Shown in pieces: positions 29,271 to 41,205 of a stretch of 64,000 nucleotides of DNA (the first letter of the stretch is position 1; every line of letters begins with the position of its first letter). The notes below the pieces were generated by a model that was not told where the DNA came from, did not search any database, and worked only from the letters and a program-made list of their open reading frames with translations. The position numbers and the translations under genes were made by a program. Source of the stretch: Candidatus Poribacteria bacterium (GTDB lineage Bacteria; Poribacteria; WGA-4E; PCPOR2b); assembly GCA_965215015.1 (NCBI GenBank), contig OZ244042.1, forward strand, positions 5,504,001 to 5,568,000, read 5' to 3'.

Positions 29271-30974
29271 ATGATTGAATACGATGTGCTCGTTATTGGC
29301 GGCGGTTTGGCGGGGATGAGTGCCGCCCTGCATGCGGGAGAGGCCGGGGCGAGCGTGGCAATGATGTCAAAGGTTTACCCAACGCGCTCCCACTCGGCAG
29401 CCGCGCAAGGCGGTATCAACGCAGCACTAGGTATTGAAGACTCGTGGGAAGTTCACGCTTATGAGACTGTCAAAGGCAGTGACTTCTTAGGCGACCAGGA
29501 TGCCATCGAAATCCTGTGCCATGAAGGCATTCAGGACGTCTTCTCTCTTGAACATTGGGGCGTCATCTTTGACCGCAATGAAGAGGGAAACATCCACATG
29601 CGCGGCTTCGGCGGAACGGACAAGAGCCGCACGTGCCATGTCGGCGATATGACTGGGCAGACCATTTTGCACGTCATGTACGAGCGACTGCTCAAGATGA
29701 ACGTCAAATCCTACGATGAATGGTTCGTGACAACACTGCTCATGGAGGAAGGCGCATGCTGTGGTGCCGTGGCGATGGAGATAACGAGCGGCAAATTGGA
29801 AGTCTTTAAGGCGAAAGCGGTCATTATCTGCACCGGTGGTTGTGGACGGGTCTACGAGCCAAGCACCAATGGGCTTATCGTGACGGGCGATGGGCTTTCT
29901 TTAGCCTATCGTGTTGGGGCCCTGCTCATGGACATGGAGATGGTACAATATCATCCGACGACACTCCCCGCCAACGGCTTTCTCATCACAGAAGGAGCGC
30001 GCGGCGAAGGCGCGTATCTGCTGAATTCCGAGGGCGAGCGGTTTATGCAGGAGGAACGCTATGGCGCAACAACATTGGAGGAAAAAGCCTCGCGCGATGT
30101 TGTCTCTCGCGCCGAAACAATCGAAATCCAGGAAGGGCGTGGGATTGATGGCTGTGTACTGCTTGATTGTCGCCACATCAAAGACCGTATTTTAGAGGCT
30201 TTCCATCAAATTTCCGAGCTCGCAATTGATTATGCTGGTGTGGATATTACGCAGCAGCCCCTACCGATTCGACCAGGGATGCATTATATGATGGGGGGCA
30301 TTAAGACGGATATAGACGGACGCTGCTATCGACATAACGGGGATGGTTCAGAACCGCTGCCCGGCTTGTACTCGGCAGGTGAGGCTGCCTGTGTTTCAGC
30401 ACATGGGGCGAATCGCCTCGGGGGCAACAGCCTACTGGACTGTGTTACATTTGGCCGGAGAGCGGGCGCACATGCGGTGGAATATGCTAGAAGCATTAAC
30501 TCTGCTAATATCTCCGAGGCAGTCATAGGAGTGGAGGAGCAGAAGATTGGAGACCTTTTTGCTCGCTCGACGAACGAGCGGGCCCCCGCCCTGCGACTGG
30601 AAATGGGCGAGATTATGCACACTTTCACTGGTGTGTTTCGCGAGGAGGCCGGTTTGATTGAGGCACAACGCAGAATCCACGCTGTCCGTGAACGTTATCC
30701 AGACGTCTCTGTTCACGATAAGGGTAGAGTATTCAATACCGATTTGCTAGCTGTCTTAGAGTTGGACTTCATGTTCGATTGTGCTGAAACGATTATCGCT
30801 AGTGCCCTTGCACGCAAGGAAAGCCGTGGTGCCCACACCCGCACCGACTATCCTGAACGGGACGACGAGAACTGGCTCAAGCATGTGGCTGTCTACCATA
30901 CCCCTGACGGACCCGCAGTTACCTATCTGCCGGTGACGATTACGAAATGGCAACCGGAGGCGCGGAAGTACTGA
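29271..30974 (+). CDS. sdhA: Succinate dehydrogenase/fumarate reductase flavoprotein
   Basis: GGGLAG, RSHSAAAQGG (covalent FAD His), QYHPT, TEGARGEG, HGANRLGGNSL, ESRGAH; ATG 29271 preferred over 29220. Confidence 0.95.
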   Translation: MIEYDVLVIGGGLAGMSAALHAGEAGASVAMMSKVYPTRSHSAAAQGGINAALGIEDSWEVHAYETVKGSDFLGDQDAIEILCHEGIQDVFSLEHWGVIFDRNEEGNIHMRGFGGTDKSRTCHVGDMTGQTILHVMYERLLKMNVKSYDEWFVTTLLMEEGACCGAVAMEITSGKLEVFKAKAVIICTGGCGRVYEPSTNGLIVTGDGLSLAYRVGALLMDMEMVQYHPTTLPANGFLITEGARGEGAYLLNSEGERFMQEERYGATTLEEKASRDVVSRAETIEIQEGRGIDGCVLLDCRHIKDRILEAFHQISELAIDYAGVDITQQPLPIRPGMHYMMGGIKTDIDGRCYRHNGDGSEPLPGLYSAGEAACVSAHGANRLGGNSLLDCVTFGRRAGAHAVEYARSINSANISEAVIGVEEQKIGDLFARSTNERAPALRLEMGEIMHTFTGVFREEAGLIEAQRRIHAVRERYPDVSVHDKGRVFNTDLLAVLELDFMFDCAETIIASALARKESRGAHTRTDYPERDDENWLKHVAVYHTPDGPAVTYLPVTITKWQPEARKY

Positions 30975-31304
30975 GATGTAATATGCAGAGACTAGGAAAC
31001 CAATGGCACTAGTTTGCAACTGTTGAGACCGAGAATGAAACGTGAAGGCCGGAAAACGGGATAGGGAGAAAACAGGAGGATCGAGAAAGCGTGGAATCGA
31101 GTTAGAACACTTACTCCCTTACTCCCTCACACACCCCCTCCCGCGTCTGCTCGTTTCCTTGTTGTCTCGTTATGGCGCAATAACCCAATGAACCAATCAA
31201 CTCTCGAGCTGTTGAACGATGTGGAAACGACGGCCTCACCGACTCGTACCAAAGGTTAGAAAATGGGAACTTAACGCATTACTCATCACGCATAGGAGAT
31301 AAGA

Positions 31305-32267
31305 ATGATACAAGCTAATTTGAAGGTGTACCGTTACGACCCGCAGACAGCTCAGGAACCGCATTATGACACCTATGAAGTAAAGGAGTTGCCTGATTTT
31401 GCAACCGTGCTGGATGCGCTTATCAAAGTCCGCGAAGATATCGACGGTACCCTCGCGATGCGCTGTTCATGTCGCAGCGCGGTTTGCGGCTCATGTGCCT
31501 TCCGGGTCAATGGACACGCGAAGTTAGGGTGCAAGACCAAGGTCTCAACGCTTGCCCCTGACGGTGAGGAGATTCGTGTTGAGCCGATGGGCAACATGAA
31601 GGTAATTAAAGACCTTGTGACTGAAATGGAGATGTTCTGGGATAAATTAAAGCAAGTGAAGCCGTGGATTGAGACGGAGGGAGAGCCCCCAGAACGTGAG
31701 TATCAAGTCCCGCACGCTAAGATGGTCGAACTGCAACAACCAATGAACTGCATCATGTGCGGCGCATGTGTGAGCGATTGCACGGTGCTAGAGGAGGATT
31801 CAAACTTCTTAGCTCCTGCGGCACTGGCGAAAGCGTACCGCGTGGTCGGGGATCCGCGCCACGACAAAACCAAAGAGTGGCTAACAGAGCTGAGTGAAGA
31901 GGGCGGTATCTGGGATTGCACAAGGTGTCTGGAATGTGTGGAGGTCTGCCCGAAGGATGTCGCGCCAATGGACCAAATTATCAAGTTGCGTGAACAAGCA
32001 ATTGAAGAAGGGTTGACCGACAACATAGGCGCGAAACATGTGCTTCACTTTACCGAAAGCGTAGCGCATACCGGCGTGCTCGATGAGCGTACACTACCGA
32101 TAAAAGCGGCAGGTTGGAGTTGGGCTGTTAAGAACGCAGGCATCGCAATCAAGGCAACCCTGAAAGGGAAAATCAAACCCCTGTTGCCCGGCTCACACCC
32201 TTCGGTGACCGAGGTCCGGGATGTCCGGCGCATTCATAAGCAGTTGGAAGAGGGAAAAAGGAAGTAG
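31305..32267 (+). CDS. sdhB: Succinate dehydrogenase iron-sulfur subunit with C-terminal extension
   Basis: CRSAVCGSC...C, CIMCGACVSDC, CTRCLECVEVCP. Confidence 0.95.
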   Translation: MIQANLKVYRYDPQTAQEPHYDTYEVKELPDFATVLDALIKVREDIDGTLAMRCSCRSAVCGSCAFRVNGHAKLGCKTKVSTLAPDGEEIRVEPMGNMKVIKDLVTEMEMFWDKLKQVKPWIETEGEPPEREYQVPHAKMVELQQPMNCIMCGACVSDCTVLEEDSNFLAPAALAKAYRVVGDPRHDKTKEWLTELSEEGGIWDCTRCLECVEVCPKDVAPMDQIIKLREQAIEEGLTDNIGAKHVLHFTESVAHTGVLDERTLPIKAAGWSWAVKNAGIAIKATLKGKIKPLLPGSHPSVTEVRDVRRIHKQLEEGKRK

Positions 32268-32572
32268 GGGGCTCGAGGAAGTTTACGATTCGGTTCACAC
32301 GATGAGAAAGTGATGCTCAAATTTTGCTGAGCATACCTTTTGAGAATTGGAAACCACCTATCCGATTTACTGCTTTTCAGCACATCTGAAATTGCTGTCC
32401 CATCAGACTGGAACGATTGCAGGTGCAAGCTTGGCGTCAGTTGGAAATCATTAAGACGAACGTATTGCTTAAGCTGTAAGGGGAAGCAAGGAAGAATTCG
32501 CTGTCTGTTTTACGCATCACATATCACATATTAGGTTTCACGTTCTAATCACAATTGATACGGGAGGATGTA

Positions 32573-33448
32573 ATGAGAATTGCCTACTTCCCTGGCTGTG
32601 TTGCCAAGGGAAATTGTCCAGAACTGAACCAATCCACTAAAAAGATTGCACCCTTACTCGGTATTGAGTTGGTCGAATTGACAGGTGCACCTTGCACCGG
32701 CGCGGGCGTGCTTCAAGCGCAGAATCCGGTGCTTGCCGATACATACAACGCCAAGACCCTTGCGCTCGCGGAGGAACTGGACCTGCCGCTGATGACAATC
32801 TGTTCGACCTGCATCGGCTGCCTACGTAAGAGCAATAAGAAACTGTCCGAGGACGAGGACTACCGGGCAGAGGTCAACGCAGTGCTCAAATCCGGTGGAC
32901 ACGAGTACCATGGTGGTGTAGATGTCACTCACATTCTCTATGTCGTTATCAAGGAACTCGGTCTGGACAATCTACGCGGCATGGTCAAAAAGCCGCTGAC
33001 TGACTTGCGGATCGCACCGTTTTACGGCTGCTACATCTTGCGTCCTGCCAGCATCATGGGGATTGATGACCCTGACAATCCGACTTCGCTGGAACGCGTG
33101 ATTGAGGCGTTGGGTGGCACCCCAGTAGACTACTACGGCAAAACACGCTGTTGCGGTTTCCCCATCGGGCTTGAGAACGAAGAAGCGTCATTCAAAATGG
33201 CTGGAAAGCATATTGGCGAGGCAAAGGACAAAGGAGCAGATTGCATGGTAACGCCTTGCCCACTCTGCCACATGAACCTTGACCTCCAGCAGCCCGGCGT
33301 TAGTCGAGTGGTCGGACGCCCCCTGGATATGCCGGTGCTTCACCTGCCGCAGATGATCGGTTTGGCACTTGGCTTGCCCCCAAAAGAGTTGGGCCTCGGC
33401 AAACATATAATATCAGCCCAAAACGTGCTAGCAAAGTTAGGGACATAA
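32573..33448 (+). CDS. CCG-domain (HdrB-like) SdhE-type subunit
   Basis: YFPGC, CSTC, FYGC, RCCG, TPCPLCHMNLD; follows sdhAB; GGAGG RBS before ATG 32573. Confidence 0.88.
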   Translation: MRIAYFPGCVAKGNCPELNQSTKKIAPLLGIELVELTGAPCTGAGVLQAQNPVLADTYNAKTLALAEELDLPLMTICSTCIGCLRKSNKKLSEDEDYRAEVNAVLKSGGHEYHGGVDVTHILYVVIKELGLDNLRGMVKKPLTDLRIAPFYGCYILRPASIMGIDDPDNPTSLERVIEALGGTPVDYYGKTRCCGFPIGLENEEASFKMAGKHIGEAKDKGADCMVTPCPLCHMNLDLQQPGVSRVVGRPLDMPVLHLPQMIGLALGLPPKELGLGKHIISAQNVLAKLGT

Positions 33449-33520
33449 GCGGGTATTGTAAGGGCCTTCGCAAGATTATCAAACCGATTTGCAGCGAAAT
33501 TGGGCTTGAAGGAGAGGTAA

Positions 33521-34909
<1,389 letters not shown>

Positions 34910-34917
34910 CATTGCTA

Positions 34918-35177
34918 GTAGTAGGCATACTCCGTATGCCGTAAAGCGGCAAGGGTTGCCCCTACAGGGAATAAACCCAACGCAGGGGCAGGTTTTGTGC
35001 CTAACCAACCCACGGTCGGTGGAACGGAAAATACGGCAACCGTGTCCAACAAGGCTGTCATTGTAGGTGCCTGATGGTATATCGTGTGGCAACGAATCAC
35101 CGAGCTACCCCTTGCCCCCCTTATCTGTCTCCCCTTGACAGGGGGTTGGCCTTGAGCGTTCAACTGCGGAAGTCCTA
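34918..35177. repeat. Mosaic of REP-like hairpins and a MITE right end
   Basis: 27-nt REP identical to 5391; inverted GTAGGGGCAACCC fragment; GTTCAACTGCGGAAGTCCTA matches the MITE end at 10346-10365. Confidence 0.65.
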
Positions 35178-35222
35178 AAAGACATAATTCATCAATGGAA
35201 AATTCACATCGGAGGCAAAAGG

Positions 35223-37139
35223 ATGTTTAAAAAAATCTATGTACCTGTTGATAACTCGGACCATTCCGATGCGAGCGTCAATTTCGCTGTGGAGTTCGCT
35301 AAAAAATTTCAGTCACAACTCGTTGGTTCTCACGTTTATGCAGCGAAGATGCACGATGTTCGTTTCAAGCAGATGGAGTACACACTTCCCGAAGAATATC
35401 AAGATGAAGCTGAACTGGAGAAGCAGCGCCGCATTCATGACACCTTGATTACAATGGGGCTTCAGTTAATCTCCGATTCATACTTGGAGGTCATGAAGAA
35501 GAAATGCGCTGAAAATGACATTCCCTTTGAAGCCAAAATGCCTGAGGGCAAACACTTTATCAAGTTGGTAGAGGACATTCAGGCGAGCGATTACGACCTT
35601 GTAATTATGGGTGCCCTCGGTATGGGGGCGGTTAAGGATAGCCTGCTCGGTGGCGTCGTTGAGCGGGTTGTACGACGCATTCAGGCCGATACCCTTGTGG
35701 TCCGGAATATAGAGGAAATGCACGGACAGAAGGGGCATATTCTCGTCGGAATTGATGGGAGCCCCGAATCCTTCGGTGGACTGAAGACGGCAATACGGAT
35801 CGGCAAGGAGTTTGATAGACAGGTGGAAGCGGTTGGTGTCTATGACCCGTATCTTCACTACGTGGTGTTCAATTCGGTTGTCAGTGTCCTAACCGAGCGA
35901 GCCTCTAAAACTTTCCGATTCAAAGAGCAGGAGCAGTTGCACGAGGAGGTTATCGACACCGGGCTTGCCAAAATCTATCAATCCCATCTGGAGATTGCCC
36001 GAACCATCGCCAAGGAAGACCACAACTACGACCTCAAAATCACCTTGTTGGATGGCAAAGCGTTTGAGAAAATCCTGCAATACGCTCGAAAGACCGAACC
36101 GTGGATGCTAGTGTTGGGCAGAATCGGCGTCCACAGTGATCCCGATATGGACATCGGCAGCAACACCGAAAACTTATTGCGCCTAGCCCCGTGTAATGTG
36201 TTCTTGTCAAGCCAGCGGTATGTTCCAAAAGTTGATGTCAGAGCAGAGGAGACGGTGGTTTGGACACAGGAAGCCTTAGATCGGATGACAAAAGCACCGC
36301 CGCAGGTGCAAGGCATCGCACGCACCGCTGTCCACCGTTTTGCCATTGAACGCGGGCACTCTGTAATTACCGAGAGTGTTATTGAGCAAGCAATGGAGAC
36401 CTTTATGCCGGGACGTTCAGCGGAGCGGATGACCAAAGTTGCGAAAGAGATTGCAACGCAAACAGTGCTGGATTCCAACGCAATCAAGACCTACATCTGT
36501 GGCGATTGTGGCTATGCCGCCCGCGACCAACAACCCGTGAAATGTCCGGTCTGCGGTGTGGCTGGCGACCGATTTCAGATGGTTGATAAAGATTCTCTCC
36601 AGAGGGTTGCAGATCAGGAGGGCGGTGCCAGCGAGGAACAGACCTTCGACGGTGTCCGTCTCCAATGGTCAGATCGGGCGAAAAAAGCGTTGCGGAATGT
36701 TCCAAGGGGGTATATGCGGCGCAACGTCAAAGCGCGAATCGAAAAGTCAGCGCGTGTCCAGAAGATTGGTACAATCACCAACGAGTTTGCGATGCAGATT
36801 ATCAATGAGAGCATGGATCAGGCTTCCGCTGTCCGTGAAGACGCCCCTGAACTGAGAGCTGTCGCGCGGTCCCGCGAGTCCGCTGAGACCTCCCAAGGGG
36901 AAACGTTTGAAAGTTCGCTTGAATGGACGCCAGATGCCCGTGAACGGTTGAACCTCGTGCCCGCTGGATTCATGCGAAACATTACACAATCCCGTGTCGA
37001 GCAACGAGCAAAGGAAGCCAACCTCACGACAATCAGCCTAGATTTCGCAGCGCAGGTGATTGAGGAAGGACGGAGTTTAGACAATGAGGTGCTTGGGACA
37101 TATTACCAGCAGGACGGAGAGGTAGATGAGGGAAAATGA
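35223..37139 (+). CDS. Fusion protein: 2x universal stress protein domain + PCP_red + rubredoxin-like + 2x PCP_red
   Basis: KIYVPVDNS, LVIMGALG, ILVGIDGS, IGSNTENLLR; CGDCG...CPVCG; three W(T/S)xxA...P helical motifs. Confidence 0.88.
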   Translation: MFKKIYVPVDNSDHSDASVNFAVEFAKKFQSQLVGSHVYAAKMHDVRFKQMEYTLPEEYQDEAELEKQRRIHDTLITMGLQLISDSYLEVMKKKCAENDIPFEAKMPEGKHFIKLVEDIQASDYDLVIMGALGMGAVKDSLLGGVVERVVRRIQADTLVVRNIEEMHGQKGHILVGIDGSPESFGGLKTAIRIGKEFDRQVEAVGVYDPYLHYVVFNSVVSVLTERASKTFRFKEQEQLHEEVIDTGLAKIYQSHLEIARTIAKEDHNYDLKITLLDGKAFEKILQYARKTEPWMLVLGRIGVHSDPDMDIGSNTENLLRLAPCNVFLSSQRYVPKVDVRAEETVVWTQEALDRMTKAPPQVQGIARTAVHRFAIERGHSVITESVIEQAMETFMPGRSAERMTKVAKEIATQTVLDSNAIKTYICGDCGYAARDQQPVKCPVCGVAGDRFQMVDKDSLQRVADQEGGASEEQTFDGVRLQWSDRAKKALRNVPRGYMRRNVKARIEKSARVQKIGTITNEFAMQIINESMDQASAVREDAPELRAVARSRESAETSQGETFESSLEWTPDARERLNLVPAGFMRNITQSRVEQRAKEANLTTISLDFAAQVIEEGRSLDNEVLGTYYQQDGEVDEGK

Positions 37140-37340
37140 TGTGCAGACTGAGGAATAGGGGTTAGGACGGAATCTGCCTACGATTATTAATTATATGTTG
37201 AGTGATGGAGTTGAAACGGGAGAAGAGTAACGGCACCTACAGTAGCCCGAACCAAGGAGGCTAAAGTTAAGTTTAAGTCTTTTATTGTGATTGATAAACT
37301 CAACCTGCTAGCTATATGATAAATCAGGAGGCGGGAAATA

Positions 37341-38147
37341 ATGCTTGAACTGAACACGCTTTACTGTGGAGATGCTTTCGAGTTACTCAAAAAAGTCAAG
37401 GATGAATCGGTCGATTTGATTGTATGTGATGGACCGTATGGCACAACACAGAATGAATGGGATAAGATATCTTCAATCCAAGAATTTAATCTTAAATTAA
37501 TCAAATGTTTCACACCTAAGTTGAAAGATGGAGGGGCTTTGTATCTGTTTGGCAAGCCTAACTGCATTGACTTTATAGATTACCGCCCATTTTTGAACCT
37601 ACGCTCAAAAATTGTCTGGTATCAACCGAGTCGCCTTGCCCAAGGACGAATCAAATACACCAACAACTATGACATAATATGCTATTTCATTAAGGGCAAA
37701 CGCCCACGATGTTATAATCTAGATGCAATCAGAGTAGCACAGCTTGTTGAGTTGGAGCATCGGCGCCGTTGTGAACGAGTGCCTTCCGTGTTAAATGGCA
37801 AATTTGGAAAGACAAAGTTTAACAAAGAGGGTAAAAATCCGGGAGATGTTTGGGGCGATATAAAACAGCTTACTTATAAATCAAAAGAGTTAGTTCATAG
37901 AAAAGCTCTCAATACTATTCAGAAACCTGAAAAGTTAATGGAAAGGATTGTTTTAGCCAGTTCATCTCCAGGAGATTTAGTCTTAGATCCTTTTGCAGGG
38001 GTCAGCACGTGCCCAGTTGTGTGCAAGAGAAACAGTCGCAATTTTATCGCTTTTGAGATTGAACCAACTTTTGTTCACGCAGGTACAAAGAGACTTCACG
38101 AGCTTGATAACGATCAACAGGGGGTTTTGTTTGCTGATGGCGAGTGA
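37341..38147 (+). CDS. Beta-class amino (N4-C/N6-A) DNA methyltransferase
   Basis: VDLIVCDGPY (DPPY variant), NPGDVW, QKPEKLMERIV, VLDPFAG. Confidence 0.92.
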   Translation: MLELNTLYCGDAFELLKKVKDESVDLIVCDGPYGTTQNEWDKISSIQEFNLKLIKCFTPKLKDGGALYLFGKPNCIDFIDYRPFLNLRSKIVWYQPSRLAQGRIKYTNNYDIICYFIKGKRPRCYNLDAIRVAQLVELEHRRRCERVPSVLNGKFGKTKFNKEGKNPGDVWGDIKQLTYKSKELVHRKALNTIQKPEKLMERIVLASSSPGDLVLDPFAGVSTCPVVCKRNSRNFIAFEIEPTFVHAGTKRLHELDNDQQGVLFADGE

Positions 38148-38637
38148 AATATATCGCAAAATCATTGAACTTGTGTTGAAGGCTGCAGAATTAGCAAGGA
38201 CTGTAGGAATTCATAATATTTTACAACCAGGACTCGTCAAGGAGATGATTATTGCTGAGATCCTTAGCCATGAACTGATCACCTCAAAGCAAGACGCGGA
38301 TGCCCGTTCTCCAGATAACCCTACAATTCTGTATGAATACCTATCATGCAAGGAAGGTGGTTCCGGCCAGTTTGATAGAATGTTTAAGCATCCGCCGGAA
38401 AAGCGCCAAGAATCTTTGAATAGAATTTGGAGAAACAATAAAGTCTACTTTGCTGTGTTCTATGCAGCCAATCAAACGAAAGTGAAAGTGATTTTTGAGC
38501 TTGAACCAGAAAGTGTTGTCACAGAAACGGAACGACAACTTGACCGTAGCCGAAATGAAATTTCTCACGTTGGGTTTCGAGAGCGATGGGCACGAGAAAA
38601 TGGGAAAATTGTTTACGAAGATACGGAGCAGCCTTAA
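38137..38637 (+). CDS. PvuII-like type II restriction endonuclease
   Basis: 166 aa overlapping the MTase stop; LARTVGIHNILQ, DA...YEYLS, YFAVF...IFELEP, ENGKIVY parallel PvuII LALKHGINDIFQ, DA...YELKS, IFAIY...IYRLEP, EHGTKIY (from memory). Confidence 0.65.
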   Translation: MASEIYRKIIELVLKAAELARTVGIHNILQPGLVKEMIIAEILSHELITSKQDADARSPDNPTILYEYLSCKEGGSGQFDRMFKHPPEKRQESLNRIWRNNKVYFAVFYAANQTKVKVIFELEPESVVTETERQLDRSRNEISHVGFRERWARENGKIVYEDTEQP

Positions 38638-38887
38638 ATGTGTTGGGAGAAGTCAATGCGAGGCATTGACATAACGAACACGGTAACCGTATAGAACTAA
38701 TAGCCGAAATTCCAGAGCAGTGCGTCAATCTGGTATAAGATAAAATACACAGCAACCGATCTTACGCTGAATTTTGCTTCTATCTGCTCATCACCTTGGT
38801 GTTTATCGGGTATAGTATCTCCAATTACCCTTTGTATTTAAACAGGTACTTAAGAAAAATGAATTATCCAGCGTATATCCAAGCCGG

Positions 38888-39769
38888 GTGTGTGTCAATT
38901 TAGATCGGAGTTTGTCAATGTCCCCCAGAAATCCTTTACATTTTGCAGAAATCCTTGTGTGTCTAGATGACTCAAGCTATTCTCAGGCAGCGGTCGAATA
39001 TGCCACGCAAATCGCTCTTGAACATAAAGCCTCACTAACAGGCATCGGAGTAATTGATCTGCCGGGTATCCAACGTGCAAGTGGGCCCGCGCCAATTGGA
39101 GCGATGCACTACGATCGACTTGCTGACCAGCAACACTTTCAAGAGACGCGGGAGGTAGTCAATGGGGTCCTTAAAGACTTTGGGAACACCTGTCAGGAGA
39201 AAGGGATCCACCACTCCATCCATTCAGAGATGGGCAGCCCATTTCGGGAAATTATTGAAGAATCAAGATTCCACGATTTTATTATAATTGGGCAGAAGAC
39301 CTTTTTTCGGTACAACGTCAAACGTGAACCGGGTAACACCTTGGATCGAATTCTTCATAACGGGTTGACTGCGGTCCTTGCAGTCCCCGATTCTGTCAGA
39401 CCGATTAAAAAAGTGCTCGTCGCTTATGATAACAGCGTCCAAGTTACCAAAGCAATTCATATGTTTCTCCTGCTTCACATCTGGAATCAGTGCCATATCA
39501 CCCTCCTGAATGTGAACAATAATGCAAGTCGTGGCATACAGTTGCTCGGTAGGCTCAGCGATTACTTCAATAGATATGGGGTGCAGCCAGAAAAGGTCCA
39601 ATTGAGAGGCAAGGTAGATGAAGCGATTCTGTCCTACATCCGAGAACATGAAATCGATCTGCTCGTCATGGGAGCGTATGGGAAACGAAGCGTGTCGGAG
39701 TTCGTCTTCGGCAGTGTAACCAAATCCTTGGTGGCGCAGGCGGGCATTCCGTTGTTTATCTATCATTAA
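38888..39769 (+). CDS. Tandem universal stress protein
   Basis: ILVCLDDS, VLVAYDNS, DLLVMGAYG...FGSVT; start probably ATG 38918. Confidence 0.92.
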   Translation: MCVNLDRSLSMSPRNPLHFAEILVCLDDSSYSQAAVEYATQIALEHKASLTGIGVIDLPGIQRASGPAPIGAMHYDRLADQQHFQETREVVNGVLKDFGNTCQEKGIHHSIHSEMGSPFREIIEESRFHDFIIIGQKTFFRYNVKREPGNTLDRILHNGLTAVLAVPDSVRPIKKVLVAYDNSVQVTKAIHMFLLLHIWNQCHITLLNVNNNASRGIQLLGRLSDYFNRYGVQPEKVQLRGKVDEAILSYIREHEIDLLVMGAYGKRSVSEFVFGSVTKSLVAQAGIPLFIYH

Positions 39770-39778
39770 TCAAAACTT

Positions 39779-40672
39779 ATGAAAACTTACAAAGACCTCC
39801 CCGCCGATGGCGGTTCTAACATCGTTGGACAAGTGACCCAGCAAGTCAATCGCTTACAAAAACGACTTGCGTCTGTCCGCCACACTCTTGCCATCATGAG
39901 CGGAAAGGGTGGGGTGGGTAAAAGTGCGATTACGGCAAACCTCGCTTCGGCTCTTGGATTGCGCGGACACAATGTTGGCGTAGTTGACGCTGACATCAAT
40001 GGCCCCTCAATTGCCAAAATGATGGGGGTGAGAGGATGCCAAATTGATTATGGTGCCGATGGCGTTAAGCCTGCCCTCAGTCCACTTGGGGTCAAGGTAA
40101 TGTCGATGGATTTGTTCCTCAAGGATGACGAAACCCCTGTTCTGTGGGAAGCCCAAACGCAGAAGGATGCCTTTACCTGGCGGGGGACGATGGAGATGAC
40201 CGCCCTCCGCGAATTCCTCTCTGATACTGAATGGGGAACGCTTGATTATTTGCTGGTCGATCTCCCGCCCGGCACAGACCGTTTGCCGAACCTCGTCGGC
40301 CTCCTGCCGGATCTTGGCGGCACGGTTGTTGTCACAATCCCTTCTGGGGTTTCGCAGCTTATCGTCAAAAAATCGTTGACGATGGCAAAGAAATTACTCA
40401 ACGCACCGGTAATCGGCATCGTCGAAAATATGGCAGCTTACGTCTGCGCCGATTGTGGCAAAACTGAAGATCTGTTCCCATCGGGGCACACGGAGGAGAT
40501 GGCGCGTCAATTTGACATTTCTCTACTCGGCAAAATCCCTTTCGATCCGCGAATTTCTATCGCTGCGGATGAGGGTAGTGCGTTTGTTGATCGATACCGA
40601 GATACTCCCACAGGACAAGCATTTTTCGGCATCACAGATGAAATTCGGATGTTCTTTGAACGGAAAATGTAA
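39779..40672 (+). CDS. Mrp/NBP35 (ApbC) ATPase, Fe-S carrier family
   Basis: MSGKGGVGKS, DADINGPS, WRG, DLPPGT, ENMAAYVCADC. Confidence 0.93.
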   Translation: MKTYKDLPADGGSNIVGQVTQQVNRLQKRLASVRHTLAIMSGKGGVGKSAITANLASALGLRGHNVGVVDADINGPSIAKMMGVRGCQIDYGADGVKPALSPLGVKVMSMDLFLKDDETPVLWEAQTQKDAFTWRGTMEMTALREFLSDTEWGTLDYLLVDLPPGTDRLPNLVGLLPDLGGTVVVTIPSGVSQLIVKKSLTMAKKLLNAPVIGIVENMAAYVCADCGKTEDLFPSGHTEEMARQFDISLLGKIPFDPRISIAADEGSAFVDRYRDTPTGQAFFGITDEIRMFFERKM

Positions 40673-40692
40673 CATATAAACGGAGTGAATCA

Positions 40693-41193
40693 ATGAAATT
40701 CTTATGCCTTGAATGTAACACAGCGATGGAGTTTAGGGAAACAGCGACGCCGGATCAAGGCTCGTTGACGGCTATCTTCGAGTGCCCAGATTGTTTTGCT
40801 GAATTCGCAATGCACATGAACCCGTGGGAAACTCAGATGCTAAAATCCCTTGATGTGCAACTCGGTGGTAAAAGCGAAGCGGCGCAGCCGATGCGGATGG
40901 TACGTTCCTTCTTAACTCAAAAGAACCCAGACAATCTGATCTCCGAAGCACCGCCGGTATCCGCCGAAGGCGGCGGGAAATGCCCGTTCACATTGGTTGT
41001 AGCGGAAGCATTTCAAGAGCCGGAGGCGACCGGGCCGGTATGGACACCAGAAGCGTTAGCGCGTTTGGAGCGCGTGCCTAGTTTCGTCCGTTCGATGGCG
41101 CAGAACAGCATCGAAGAATTCGCCCGTGAGAATGGACACACCGAAATCACTACCGAGGTGATGGAGGCCGCACGGGGTAATTTTGGGATGTAG
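40693..41193 (+). CDS. CxxC...CxxC metal-binding protein with C-terminal PCP_red domain
   Basis: CLEC, CPDC, NPWETQM, GKCPF, WTPEALARLERVPSFVRSMA...ITTEVM. Confidence 0.85.
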   Translation: MKFLCLECNTAMEFRETATPDQGSLTAIFECPDCFAEFAMHMNPWETQMLKSLDVQLGGKSEAAQPMRMVRSFLTQKNPDNLISEAPPVSAEGGGKCPFTLVVAEAFQEPEATGPVWTPEALARLERVPSFVRSMAQNSIEEFARENGHTEITTEVMEAARGNFGM

Positions 41194-41205
41194 GGGTCCA
41201 TTACA

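Noticed and set aside
32280-32534. Possible PIN-like toxin remnant (LRIGN) or 64-aa ORF between sdhB and the CCG gene
   Set aside because: Similarity is limited to a few residues, with no RBS or coherent reading frame
32573-33448. Heterodisulfide reductase / methanogenesis
   Set aside because: The CCG protein follows sdhAB and precedes fumC; no hdrA or hdrC, so a type E Sdh subunit is the simpler reading
37993-38136. N-terminal extension of the nuclease ORF given in the ORF track
   Set aside because: It overlaps the MTase by 155 nt; ATG 38137 gives a PvuII-sized protein with a typical short overlap
38640-38880. Possible gene remnant after the nuclease
   Set aside because: No recognisable protein similarity in the frames inspected
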